Assembly: GCA_043228905.1 (NCBI GenBank)
Contig: JBHGNT010000001.1
Coordinates: 11,470,001-11,534,000 of the forward strand
DNA: 64,000 bases
Direction: 5' to 3'
DNA from: Azolla caroliniana
Taxonomy: Eukaryota; Plantae; Polypodiophyta
A program made the position numbers and the translations under genes. Within the stretch, counting starts at the first letter, position 1. Every line of letters starts with the position of its first letter. The notes under the pieces are model-generated. The model did no database searches and was not told where the DNA came from. It worked only from the letters and a program-made list of their open reading frames with translations. Below, piece by piece: positions 35,906-49,376 of the stretch.

Positions 35906-37978
35906 TTCTCTCCTAAGGTTGAGGAAAATGAGAAAGTTGAAAGGTATGCTTCTCATCATTGGATACTAGAAAAATAAACTTTAGTCCCAAACAACTTAAC
36001 AAGTGATTTTGAAACTAATCTCATAGGTCATATTGAACCCACAAGGATGGTAATAAAGTATATCTATCCATTTATTTATAATCAAAGTCATAAAATCATA
36101 CCCAACTTCAATCCTTGCCACAGGCTTGGTTCCTTTAAATAGGTTAATATTTGGTATCCCATGAACATTAATAATGTGTCTATTCTCTAATCTCCCATTC
36201 ACCTAACCTCTAATCTCGTTTCATTGACCAACATTTCAATATCATTTTCAATGAAAAACATGACCAAACATATGTTTTTCAATATCCAAGAATCCGAAGC
36301 ATACTTCTTTAATTTTTCCAAATGTAAAAGTAAAACACAAATATGTTTCACATTTATCCATGTAGTTCTATTAATTATTTCATGTCTTACTAAAATTCCC
36401 TTGATGCACATTAATTGAAACGTATCATGCACTAAAAAATGTCATGCTTCCATTATATATTTGTTATGAATGCATACAAACCTTTCTATGTCTTTCCCTT
36501 TTGGGGTATGCCTGATTTTAGGTTTTATTTCTTCCCTTGGCCTATTGAATGTTTTGAAATCTACCTTTCGACAAGACCAAGTTATCATGCCACCCATTTA
36601 ACATGGTTTTTATCAGTATATACTGATGTACTTGGGCACCAACGATATGGGTAGAAATTGTAACAGCTTTATGATTATGTTGCAATACATGAAATAAGAA
36701 CAAACGTTCACATTCTCTACAAAACAATTCAATAATAAGAAATCAGAATTCATATGCATACAATTTGAACTCTCTATGGATGTATTTTTGTTTTTGTTAT
36801 TCTTGAGAAAATATTTTAAGTAAAAAAACTTCATTGGCAAAAATGAGGCTCACATCAATCATTGAACTCAAAATGCCTAAAAAATCATTAAATTTAATGT
36901 GTACTTGTTAGAGCAATTATCCAAGAGGTATGTTCCATTCCTTCAAATTTACCATATGATTTGGCAAGATAGCTAAATCCGTTAGAATTATATCATCTAG
37001 ATGTAAAGGTGCATAAACAAATAGTTTTTAGGATGATTTGTTAATCTTTGTCTATTGAGGGTCACATGCATGGAATATATTATCCTTCTCTAGAAGTTTT
37101 GAGCAAGTTCTCAGGATAATAATGAATTCATGACCCAAATGTTCCAATTTCCTTGAGCTTTGATTAAATGGTTGAACCACCTCTTCTCAATGAAATCCAA
37201 GAGTTTCAAGCTATCAGATTCTATACCCACACTAAACAACCAAAAGCCCTATTAGCCCAATACTTCATGCACTATAATAATACAGTTCAAGAGGTCCAAG
37301 AATCCAATATCGATCAATTTAACACATCAAAATCCATTGTGCCATATGCAAAGATCTGAATATTATTTGTCTCAAAAATTTGATGGTTTTAGAAGCAAGT
37401 TGCAAAGAATCTCTAGAATCTATCATATGATCCACCAGACACAATAATATCATTCATTATTCAATGATTGCTTGTCAAATAGATCTAGAGGCCAAATTAT
37501 ACTATTAGGGTATTGCTCTTTTCTTGATGTAAACCCTTGTGTCAAGTGGATTTCTAGATTGCTAAATGATTAAGGCTTTTGCACATGAGTTTCATACCAC
37601 ATTTGTTCTCTAGAAAATAAGGATAATATCTTCTAGAAGTGGCTCTAACCTTCTCTAACTCTGTCCTCATCTTGTTTCAAGTTCTAGAAGGATCTAAACT
37701 GGTGTCCTTTTGCTTATTAATAGAGTTCTTGAGCTATAATCCCCTCAATTTTGCCAATGTCAATCATGACACTTTTATGCATTAATTTTTGTCTCTCAAA
37801 CTCTTTTTATCAATGTTGTTGTATTTCTTTCAAAATCTCATCTCTTACATGCTTTTTGTGAATCCTCCATCTTGGGTATAGATTTGCATTCAATTCTTGG
37901 AACATGATCTAGTGTGTTGTGATCTAAATCTCTTTGCACTAAAAAGATATGTACGTCACCCAACATTTCCATGCTCAT

Positions 37979-38422
37979 TGTTACCCGTACAAGAGGTACA
38001 GAGTTGGATGAGTGTTATGAGTGAACCGTATGAAATGTAAGGGAATGGGTATGGGTGAAAGACTATAGTGTTGTTGTTGTGTATGTGCAAATGTGCACAA
38101 GAGGGAGTACGAGTGTGAGTATGGTTGTATGTGAACACATGCACATTTGTGTGCATGTGTGCAAATATGAGAGAGTGTGGGTAAGTTGTGTGTAAATGGT
38201 GAGAGGGTTATGTAACTACCCTACATGTCTCTTTGTACATTCTTGATTTGTAACGGTTACCCTCACATACCTATATAAACCCAACCCATGAGGCATGAAT
38301 GATAATAGAAGAAGTTGCCTCTCAAAATTGTGTCTCTCTTTCTTTCCCTCTCTCTCCCTCACGCTCAACCCCCTTGGGAGGGGGATGCAGATATTCTTGG
38401 CTCCACCCCCCACCCATCAACA
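37979..38422 (+). mobile_element. Solo LTR, different family (444 bp)
   Basis: TGTT...AACA termini, perfect 5-bp TSD CTCAT, and an internal CTATATAAA TATA box followed by a CT-rich tract. Confidence 0.85.
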
Positions 38423-38755
38423 CTCATGAGGATTAAACATGCCAATCTCAAAGAAAAACCTTAGATGTGTCAAATCCCTCATAAAATTTTAAATAATGCG
38501 CCAACAAACCCCAGGCGCAAAGCCCTTGTATGGCCTTGTTGATAATCTTGGCTACTCATAGAAAGGCTATTTATTGCAGCTTAGTATACAGATCCAAGTG
38601 AGATATCAATAAGTGGATGCAATTACTCCTCATAAATTATATATGCATTGATTTGTGAGAGAAAAAGATGAAAATAGTCATGGCATTCATGAACAAATTA
38701 CTAAAGATCTTCCAAAATTAACATTTTTAACATATGATGTAACCATCTAACAATT

Positions 38756-38962
38756 GAAAGAATAGTATAGCTTATATTTGTATGTCTGGTTTCACATAGT
38801 GATGAAAGAATTTATATACATGTGATACCTTCAAACATTTAAAAGAATTGTATAGTTTATATTCCTATGCCTGGTTTCACATAGTGACGAAAGAGTTTTT
38901 ATGCATGTAATTCCCAATCAGCAAAATACAAATTTTATAGTTCAGATGGTCATGCCTGGTTT
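38756..38962. repeat. Tandem repeat of about 85 bp, two clear copies plus a partial third
   Basis: AAAGAAT.GTATAG.TTATATT..TATG.CTGGTTTCACATAGTGA.GAAAGA is repeated. Confidence 0.75.
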
Positions 38963-40237
38963 GAGACCGCAATGAATGATCTCGTGCCCTTAATAATTCA
39001 TCTTCAAGGTTCCTCGTTAAATTCAGTGACTATGATGATTATCATCACCAGCTCCTTGTAAGTTTCCAATAAACTGCCGATAAACATGAAACATTAAGGA
39101 TTTATCATTCTTTAAAAGTAGAAAATAATGGACGCAAACCAGCAGTACTCTTGACAAACACTTGGGAAAATCTCACTCTTAGATGGTAAACACTAGCACC
39201 ATTTATGAACCATTGAATTTGTTAATTTGTCTGCTACATTTCACAGGGTTGTTGTGCTGAACACTTCACAGTAATGTTACTTCTCATGCAAATCAACTCT
39301 CTCATTTGACCACTTCTTCAGGGTGCGCCATTCGTTACAACCAATTCCAAAGGTAGAATCTGTCCCTTATACGTAGAGAAAGAAAACCAACACCGTAAAT
39401 ATTAAGTTTGTCATATAGGCAAGGTTTTGGTTGAAGAGAAAAAATTCAATAGAAAAGCCAAGCAAACACCATATAAAAGATATGGCATCCATATGAGTTT
39501 TTGGTTATGTTCCACATTTGAGGAAATATGTGAAAAGAATATTTGATATAAGAATAGGTCAAAAACTCGACCATACCAATGAATGTTTCTTCATCTCCAC
39601 AAATGCGCCAAAGTTTCCACTATTTTACCCAATGCCCTTGGTCAACCCCATTGGAGCAACTATAGGCAACTATAGGGTCAATTCATCCTGTGTTCTCTCT
39701 TTCAAGGTTTGGGTGAAATAAAGAAAAACTTATATCTGCCTGTTGGCTTCGAGGTTTACATGGTAGAATCGAAGTCATAAATTTGAAAGAACCCGAGGAT
39801 CATCCTCGCAATAGGCTTGATTGACCCCCTCCCATTGATCAGACAGTCTCCCACGGATATTAAAATGATATCGAGTTATCCATTCAATCTTTGCTCCATA
39901 CAAAAAGAAGAAGAAACATTGGATCAACACTTACTAGTACTATGTCCTTCTCCTCTGCTCCTTGGCACCACTCTAGCAGCACATTTGGGTAGATCCTTCC
40001 GATCAAAGTAAGTCCCTTACATAGATTCATTCTATGTTAACTTACCTACTTTGCAAGCAATGTAAGCTAAATCATCTATGAGGATTCTTTTCTGGATGCA
40101 TACGAAATGTCCATATGCGAAGAAGCTCCGACTCTTGTACCATCAACCTTTCACATATTTGTATGTGGCCGATGGCCGCCGCCTAGGGTTGAGCAACGGC
40201 CCTTGAATTCGAACAGATAATTTGCCATCATTCTCCA

Positions 40238-40364
40238 TCATAGCTTGAGCTTCTTCGGTGTCCATGTCTAAATCAGACCTCTGAACAGGACATGACATCC
40301 TTCTGTCATCTCCTGTTCAGAGGTTCTGATTTAGACATGGCTACTGAAGAAGCTCAAGCTGTGA
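40238..40364. ncRNA. Candidate pre-miRNA / hairpin RNA (about 60-bp stem, 6-nt loop)
   Basis: 40238-40297 pairs with 40304-40364. On the + strand there are only 3 G-U pairs, 2 mismatches and one 1-nt bulge. The structure is clear; expression is unproven. Confidence 0.5.
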
Positions 40365-40551
40365 AAAGAACTCAGAAACCCTAATTTCACATTCTTCTTA
40401 ATTTACCTTCTGGCCTTTAATCTTTTGATTTTGGGATTTTGATTCTTGCTTTGGACCCACGATTTCCTGACTTTTACACACTTTTGCACCTTAAGCCTTG
40501 GACCCCAAACTCCTAGTCCAGGCATTATTCCTCTATGGAGTTTCTGAAGAG

Positions 40552-40574
40552 ATGTATGTATGTATGTATGTATG

Positions 40575-40605
<31 letters not shown>

Positions 40606-40650
40606 GTATGTATACATACATACTTACTTACTTACATACATACACATACA
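40552..40650. repeat. (TATG)n followed by (TACA)n microsatellite, self-complementary arrangement
   Basis: Directly visible. Confidence 0.9.
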
Positions 40651-43600
40651 TATGTATTGCTCCTACGGATCGTTAACCCCACCGGGGTGTATTTGATCTC
40701 CAAACGGGGTCCGTTTCTTTCTTTTTGCTCGCATATTCTCGGACGAATGAACCAAATGAACGATGAATGTTCGTGTCTCCAAACATTTGGTGTTTAAGTC
40801 ATGATGTATGTATGGAGGGAGACGGAGGAGTCTCCAAGATCGGATGTCTCGTGTCCTGGTCCACAATGTGGATGTCTCAATTCCAAACCATTCTTTCTGC
40901 ACACATGAACAAGTGCTATTGTCTAACTAATATGGCAATCATAGCACTTACTACTGCTTTGCGCGTCAATTGTGTGTGTGGGTGACTTACTTTGATATGT
41001 TGGGCATTTGGTTTTCCGTAATAATGTCAACGGTTGCGGTTCCAAGTCCATGCATTTACATTAATATAAAGAGTGTATGCAAATAACGCTTCCCAACATA
41101 AGTGTTTATGACATTATTCGAATATTGTAACCATAAAAGGAAGTGGGGAATGCGTTGTGTATTACGTCTTGCACAATGACCATGTCTATGTTTGAGCAAA
41201 TATATTTAAATGTTTAATTTCCTAATGTTGTTGGCCCTCCTCCTACCTTTTGTCAAGTTCAATTGGTGTTATATTTTGTCCTCGTACATCTAAATGAAAT
41301 GTCTTATACTTTTAAACTTGTGGGATTATGTGCATGCGTATCATGCCCACTAAACCAAGCAAATTTTTCGATTAAAAACAAGTTAGAGTTACGGGTTCAT
41401 TGAATAAACAAAGCATACATGAGATTTGCATTTTGTACTTTTTTCTGTTTTAATACGCCAAATTTATTGACTTTTTGCAAGAGCATGTGAGCCACCTCAT
41501 TTATCATTTGCAATATACCAATGCAATTATTACATGAGTATGATAATGATCTCAATTCACGAGTTCTAAAGTGTGAGGATAAAAGTTCAAATGTCCAGTA
41601 TTACAAAGATCAAGAAATTGGTGGTTCAATTGGTTTAAAATCAAGATTCCTAGTTATCCACAATAGGGGACGAATAGTCAAACACATCCTTCTAAGCCTC
41701 GTGCTATGGAGATGAAATCATTAACAATTGTTTAACATATTGATTATTAGTTATTCATTTGTGATTTATGATAAGTTATATAATTGTGATATATGTATAA
41801 TTATAGGTTGTTGAACATGCATATAATATGTGTTATGTTTGAGTTGTCGTTTCAATGGTAATAAACACACATGCACAATCTTGATAATTTATAAATCTAA
41901 AACAATTAAACTCCTCGAAGCATGAGAAGTCCATCCCTAGAGGATATGCTTAGTAATAGTTGAGCTTTGGATTTCGACAAAGTATCCAATCGTATGTTAT
42001 AACACATGTAACTTCTTCTCATCCATGTTCTTGACTTACTTAAAAAACCTCATTTTGGCATTGTCGTGAAAACAAAGATCAAAAGTATGCATCTTAGCCA
42101 CGAGTCAACCTAGTGAAGTTGAGATTGACAAAAGGAGGAGATGCACCTACAAGGATATGCTAAAAATTGAGGAGATGCACCTAAAAGGATATGCTAAATA
42201 TTGTTCTATGAGGAGCTTAGAATATGCTTTATTTATTTTGTCGAGGTGGATCTTTCCTTTTGAAGATGTCCTTTCAATGCCTACCAACACTACAACTTTT
42301 AGGAAAACAACATTCTATGCATAATAGCATGCCAAATAAGCATATTAAGGAGCCATTTGCAATTATACCAAAAGGGTTGCAAAATAAATGACACCTTGTT
42401 TTGAAATAATAGTTATTTTAATCATGGGGGTACAATATTGTGGTTCAAGGCTTATCTTGGACCAACGTTGCTTCAAAGGCTTGGATATATTAAAGAGGTA
42501 ATGTTATATTCTACCAAATTATAATGTGAGCATGTTATTTCTTAATTAGGATCAAACATGTGATAAGTTAATACAATCCTTCCCTTTACTGATACTAATG
42601 AAAATGAGCATTTCGTAAATACACAAAGATTTGACCAAATTTATTAGTTGTAAAAGTATAGTCATTTTTCATGCATGAAAGAATAGGGAAATGACAAGAA
42701 ACGCTACAAATGAAATCTAGCTCAAATTTTATACATACCAATTTTACGTTGGATTGCTTCTCCCCTTATAAATGTTCCCAACCAACATACCCATGTTTTA
42801 CAGAAACCATCACAAGGGCATCCATTTCCCCAAGTGTCTAACGAGGAGATGTAAAAAGGGGAAAAGACAAATGAGATCAGAATCAACACCACGTGAGAGA
42901 TCAAAGATATACATATTGGGAAGCTTATATGCACATCTTCGGCAATAAAGAGGTTGGGTTGTGTTTGCTGAGGTCTCACTCATTCATAAAGTTGGTAAAA
43001 GAGACTTTGCCTACCTAGAGCGCATATACATCTTGATTGTTTTCTCGGGCTTTGCATTCGTTCAATTGGCCACAAAATAACAAAGGATGTATTGAATGCA
43101 ATACACAACATGGGGCCCTTTTCTGTTTGGGCCGATTGCAAGAGCGATCGAAGATGGGAGGGAGGGAGAGAGAGAGATACATACTGGGAAGAATAGAATA
43201 GATGAATGCAATGTCCAACAATAAGGAGGTCAGTTATTCCCCACATTGGAGGTCTCGAGGGTTTGGTCAAGGTGGCTCTTCCTCATGGCCATGGCCCTTG
43301 CACCATCCATCCATCTGTTCGTCCGTCCATCCGTTTGTCCGTCCATTTGTCCGTCCATCGGCATCGGGACCTCCCGAGTGTTGTTAACGTGTGGGGATGG
43401 GATACTTATGATACAAATATAAATCTATAAAAATAAAGCTGCTCGCAAATTTGCGTGTGTTCGTGGTGTTCATCAAAATTTTGTTGTGTTACAAACAAGA
43501 AAACATCCATACGGAAATAAAAATTGGAATAAAAAGTCAAAAACTATAATTTAAACTAACTGTTCTTTTGTTTTGTTTCCCCTACTTTAGTTACTATTAG

Positions 43601-44863
43601 TAAATATTTGACGCCACAAAAAAATAAATTCTTAATTTCAAATATGTTAAGACACACAAAATACATACATACTATTTCACATTAAATACCTGTAATAAAA
43701 AAGTAATTGCAAAATAATAATAATAATAGTTTAAATTCCCTGTAACAAACTTTCGACGGGAAATAAAATAAATAATAATAATAAAACAAAAATACGCGCC
43801 TTTGCTTTTTCTTTTTCTGCGTTTTATTTTACATATGTACATACTTCTTCCTTCTCTTTCTTGTTTTTTGCTTTTTCCTGACTTTTCTTACCTTCGCCTT
43901 CGCCTTCGCCTTTGCTTCTTCTTTTTCTTGCGTTTTATTTTACTTCTTCTTCTCTTTCTTGTTTCTTTTTGCTTTTTCCTGTCTTTTCTTACCTTCCCTT
44001 CGCTTTCGTCTCCGTTCTTTTCCTGTCTTTCCTTCCCTTCTTTCTTTTGCTCCTCCTCTGCTTTCTTCCTTCCTTCTAATTCGTCCATCCCTATTCCTGG
44101 TGCACATTTATCTTCTCAAACGCAAGCTTCTCACGATCCAATCCCCTTCGCAGATCTTCAAGCCCTAACTTTGGTAAGTAAATTCCCTCCCTCCCTCTCC
44201 CTCCCTCTCTCCGTACCTCTCTCCCCCGCTCTTTCTCCAGTAATCCTAACTATGTCATGCAATGGTACATTCTCTAACCCTAACCGGAAATTCTATAGTC
44301 TCTAACCCTAACTAGAGATTGTGTTTTTTTATAACCCTACTTTCCTTAGTAAATTCTCAAATTCTCAAAATCTCAAACTGGGAAATGTATAATTTCAAAC
44401 TCAACCTGGTTTAATTCTTTCTCTAATTCTAACTGGTAAGTGTAATGTTTTTTAATCCAAAAAATTCTTGAATTGTACGCATCATCTTTCTGTTATTTGA
44501 ATTGAAAGTTATTTTACGGTTGGACTCTTCAGTTCCTATTTAAATTGTAAGATTTTTCTCTTGAAATTTGCACCTTCATTTTGTTGTTCAAAATCTAAGC
44601 AATGTCCTTTTGAATTGATCTTTGTGCCTCCTCTCATTATTTTTCTCTTCAATTTTGTGCCTCCTCTTATTATTTACACTTTAAGCTTTGTCCCCTGGAA
44701 TTGATCTTTGTTATTAAATTCAAAGATTTTCTCGTCAATTCTGCTTCTGTGCTCATTGTTTATACTGTTGAATTTTTTCTTTTTCCAAAGATTTTCTTCG
44801 TCTTCACGGCGCTGGTTCTCTAAAGCACCACGACAATTTTTATGTATCAAAAAGACTGCAAGG

Positions 44864-46750
44864 ATGAAGTTTCTCGAATACACCCCTGTTGCCAGGTATT
44901 ACACTATTATCACATGCTTTTCTCCTGCGTTTCTCTCTTCTATATATCCTTATATATATAATGTTCCGTTTTCCTTCTTTTGAGGAGAAACTCTGAGTAA
45001 ACCTCGAGTTTTTCTTTAGGTCACCCCAACATGCCCCTAAGTTTCCTTTATCTGAGAAAAAGGGGATGAATTGATCATATAGTTGCTTTAGACGGGGTTT
45101 GACCAATGGCCGTTGTGGAAATAATGGAAAATCTAGGGGCATTTAGGGGAACATAAATAAAAGCTTGCGAGTAATTCAGTTTTGTTTCCCTTTCTTTTTC
45201 CAATTTCTTGTTTTCATGTATGAAAATCATTGTCCTGACTTTTTTGTTAACAGGATCAACGCTTTTTTAAGTTCAGTAAACCTTGGAGACAGCCTTCTCA
45301 AAGGAAACCTCGAAGCATACTCATGTATGGTTTTTCTTTGTCTTTTGAGAGTGACTATAGTTTTCTTGTGAAAACAAGTTTTTGGAGGTGAATGATACAT
45401 CAGATACACCTGTGATTTTGTTTTCTTTTAAAAAGAAATTACCGTTGTTTCTTTTGAAAGGAAAGATATAAATCGGAAATTAATCCATATTTTAATTTTT
45501 TTTGTCAAGCTTGTACCACATTTGGAGATGGCAATTGAATGAAGCTTGTTTTCTTTCATTAACTTTAATGTTTCAGGCAAAGCTGCCGGTGTCGATAAGA
45601 AATATTCTCGGAGTTTAGATCAAGAGGTAAGGTATTTCACACTGATCACATTGTGATCTTTATTTTGTATATATGTGTGTATATTTATCTTGCTGACCTT
45701 AATTAAACTTTTTGAAGGTTATTGACTCATTGGCCTCATCACCTTCCAATCTCTCGGTATCTCCATTGGGACCACTCTCTAGCATGGCTAGGTATGGTTC
45801 CAATATTTGTATCTTTGTGTTGATATGTGCATTTCCTTTTTCAAAATGTATCTGTTATGGAGAAAGTTAAGATTCTCATACTGTATATACAAATACATCT
45901 TTTTACAATGCATGCCAGATTTAATAGTGACAGGTTAGAATTGATATAATAATATCTGTTTGTTTGGATGTGACAAGTATCTGTATATCATGCATGCGAG
46001 ATATAATTGTAATGGAATGTAAGGGGGGCAATAGTGCTGTATTTACTTGGTTATACTCGTCTGCCTATGTGTCAATTCAATCATGTGTATATTTAGTTAT
46101 TCAGATTTCTTGGATGGTATAAATCTTTGTGTGTAGTCTAGAAATCAGTGTGCATATTTTTTTCATCCATTTTTATCCCTTGAATGGCATACATTGTTGT
46201 GTATGCGCAGAAATCAGCCCTTGATAAATTTATGTTGCACTCAAGTTTTTATTCTGGCTTATTTCTTTAATGGCGCGTATCTTGTTCTTGTTATAATAGT
46301 CGCAGGACTTTCATCTATCTCATCCTTGCCATGGGCCACATGTTCCCGGATTATGACTTCAGGTGCATATTGATCCACATCTGAATGACTTAAATTGTTT
46401 TGCTGAATCTAAGTAACTTAGGTAATGCCAAGGCTATAAAAAACAATCAGAGCATGGCAACCTATATTGTTTCTATAAAGTTAAATAAAGGGGATTGTTG
46501 TCACTGGCTGACAAGCGGGTAAAACTGCTGCTCCATGAAAGAGCTGAGAGTTCAAGTCTCTCCATTTCCCTAATTTTGATGAACATCAATATTTACATCA
46601 GCGAGTTCTAGTTGTGGAACTTTCACCACTTTCAACTTGAGCAAAGATACATGTATACATAGTACTTAAATACATACATACACGCACATGCTTGTATACA
46701 TACATACAAAAATCCATACATACCTATGTATAAACATACAAATACATACA

Positions 46751-46781
<31 letters not shown>

Positions 46782-48086
46782 GCCTTTTTGTTTCCATTGC
46801 TTTTCAAACATGTACAGTTCAGTTCGTCCGACTCATTTTTCCAAGGAGGATTCTGAAGAGACAGCTAAGGTGAAAATCGAAAATTATCTGCTTGAGACTT
46901 CAAAGGTGTGTGCTTCTCCTGAATGGTAACATCTTTTTTTCTCTTTTCCTTAGTGGTGTGCTTTCTATTCTCTTTAACTTAATGGTGTGTCTTGTATTCT
47001 TTTTTCCTGTGTGTGATATGTAGAATTTTCTTTCCCTTAGTTGTGTATTTGTGTTCTTCACCGAATCCATATTATAATTCTCATTGGTTTATAGTGTGTC
47101 TTGCATTCTGCTCTGGACTGGTATATGCACACAACGAACACACCCATACACAGACACATATGTATTACTGAGTCTGAACCTGGTGGTATTGCAGGTTTGG
47201 GCAAATGAGTTTGGAGAAGACACTTCCTTAGTTGAATGGATATGGGATGCTATTGCTGAGGTCTAATTCCATTTTTCCTCAATTCCTACATTCATTCATT
47301 TACATTTTTACTCTTAAGAAAATCGAGTCATCATCAGCTAAATCTGCAGGTGATTGGACTTGAAGACTGCGATGTGTATAGCTACAATCCAGAAGTTGAA
47401 GGCGATCCTTTCACTGAGTGTGGCACAGTGTAAGTTTTGAGTGGATGAATCTAGAAAGGAAAAGCATATGTATTTGGATGGAAAGTAAATTTTATTTAAA
47501 TTGATTCTGCAATGTACAGTTGGTCGTTCTGCTACTTCTTCTATAATCGGAAACTCAGAAGAATCCTTTGTTTCAGCTGTCGATGTTTAAGGTGATTTAA
47601 ACTTTCATTTATTAAATAGGGCAATAAGTTTGTTTATTATCTGAAAAGCTCAAAAGAATCCTTTCTTTAAATTCTATGACACTAATCAAGTTTGAACGCC
47701 TAGCAAAGTTCTTCTGCGTAAGCCAAGGAAAAACTTCAAGTAACTCTTTTAAAATCTTCTGTCTTTCACCAAATGCCCCTCAAATTTGATCATTTCCATA
47801 AATGAGTCTGGTAAAGACACCCAAGGGGAATTGCTATAATTGACAAGAATGGGGCTGAACTGGCAGTTGGGGAGTGTGGGGAGCATTTCGGGAAGTAATG
47901 AAAACTGGGCTATCTCAAAGTTTCCCCTGTAATTTTAATCTAGTTGTAGGGCAAAATTTTGTTTTAATTATGTCAATTTTTTGTTTTGTTTTGTACTATA
48001 GCAAGCTTGCCATGGACGAAGTCTCTCTTGATGAAATGCTCAGTGATGAAGAAGCAGATTATCTCCAGAGTATGGACATGGAGTAA
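44864..48086 (+). CDS. MAF1: MAF1, repressor of RNA polymerase III transcription; coding exons 44864-44895, 45254-45324, 45577-45626, 45718-45791, 46300-46362, 46818-46905, 47195-47260, 47350-47429, 47520-47591, 48002-48086 (226 aa)
   Basis: Spliced translation MKFLEY...GNLEAYSCK...SRRTFIYLILAMGHMFPDYDFS...DCDVYSYNPEVEGDPF...WSFCYFFYNRKLRRI plus an acidic tail. All introns are GT-AG and frame-consistent. A probable 5' UTR exon ends at 44173. Confidence 0.96.
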
Positions 48087-49376
48087 CTATTCACAACTGC
48101 ATTGTACAGTGTAGGAGTATATTAGTTATCTGTATACAAAGTGTGTTGTCAAATATTAGGTTATGTCAAACATACTAATATAATTCCGATAGTAAATCTT
48201 TACTAAGCTCATCCAAGACCCCCTTCAGTGTAAAAAGCTTCTATGCTTTGTAGCTGACCTATTATGTTGTATAATGTCTGTTTCTTCTTTTTCTGACTTT
48301 ATGCTCAGGCACTATCTCAATGCAGTATGTTGGCTCGCCCTTTCAGCTTATTGTCTTTCAAAATTGCGTGCATTTTAATTGATTATCTTTTTTAATAAAT
48401 TGTTGCTGTGGGTTGAGATTGCATATGCAAGCTTAGAATGTTCAATGTGCGCAACTGCTAACTTTGCTTACAATATGGAGTGATCGAGGATCGAGGAAAT
48501 GATCCCAAACACTAGGATCTTTGGGTTGAGTTGAGTTTGACTAATATAAATGGCTATACAGTATGAGCAGGCACAAATTCCTTCACACTTATGTTATGCC
48601 CTGCAATATTATGTTTTTCTTAGAAGTGGACTCAGGAGCATTCAATATATCATAACACCTTCATTTTTGGGTGACAAATCTATTTTAATCCTTGATATTT
48701 TCATTAGACTAAACCTGAATGAAACAAGTAACATCATCCCATCACTGCCAGTACTTGGTCTTTATATTGACGAGGAACCAATTTCATTATTATTCGCAAA
48801 AAATTCCTGGTCTTAATCATCACTACGAGAGAATCTTAGTTTTATATTTAAACTAGCATCTAAGAAATGAAACTAGAATCTGCAATTCAAATGGTAAAAA
48901 TACTAAGACATGAAAATAGAATCTGAAATTCAGATAATAAAATTGATGAAATTTATACACTATTTTGTTGACATCCATATGATTTCTTTTGCTTTCTTGA
49001 TAGCTTCTGGTTTAAATACAACTTTGCTTGAGACACAACTCTTACACAAGTGAAAGAAATCTATCCTATAGAGGTAATGCATTTGGTGTGCACCTAACTT
49101 CCAGTGTAAGTGATACTTTCACTACTGTTTGCCTTTTCACTAATATTTAGAGTTGGTCGAGACATACAAGTTGATGAGTTTGGCACCCTGATGTAGTACA
49201 ATTTTATTGTATACATTCAATTAAGGTTGTTTTCTACACAAATATAATGTGAATATGAGTAACATGATTCAAATAAAAAAACAATTATTAGACCGATTTC
49301 CACACAAATTATACAATCCAATAAGGTATATAAAAAGCCATATTCAAATCATCCCATATCCACTATACTCTATACA

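Noticed and set aside
40300-40308. miR156-like TGACAGAAG on the minus strand of the hairpin
   Set aside because: Only 9 nt match, it overlaps the loop, and it does not continue as AGAGTGAGCAC.
43802-44305. 167-aa Phe/Leu/Ser ORF and the opposite Lys/Arg-rich ORF
   Set aside because: Translation artefacts of the pyrimidine-rich MAF1 promoter and 5' leader.
46500-46565. B-box-like GAGTTCAAGTCTC in a MAF1 intron (tRNA or SINE)
   Set aside because: No convincing A box or cloverleaf.
23645-48086. Functional cluster of a tRNA gene with the Pol III repressor MAF1
   Set aside because: They are 21 kb apart with unrelated transposons between. tRNA genes are common, and nothing in the sequence links them.
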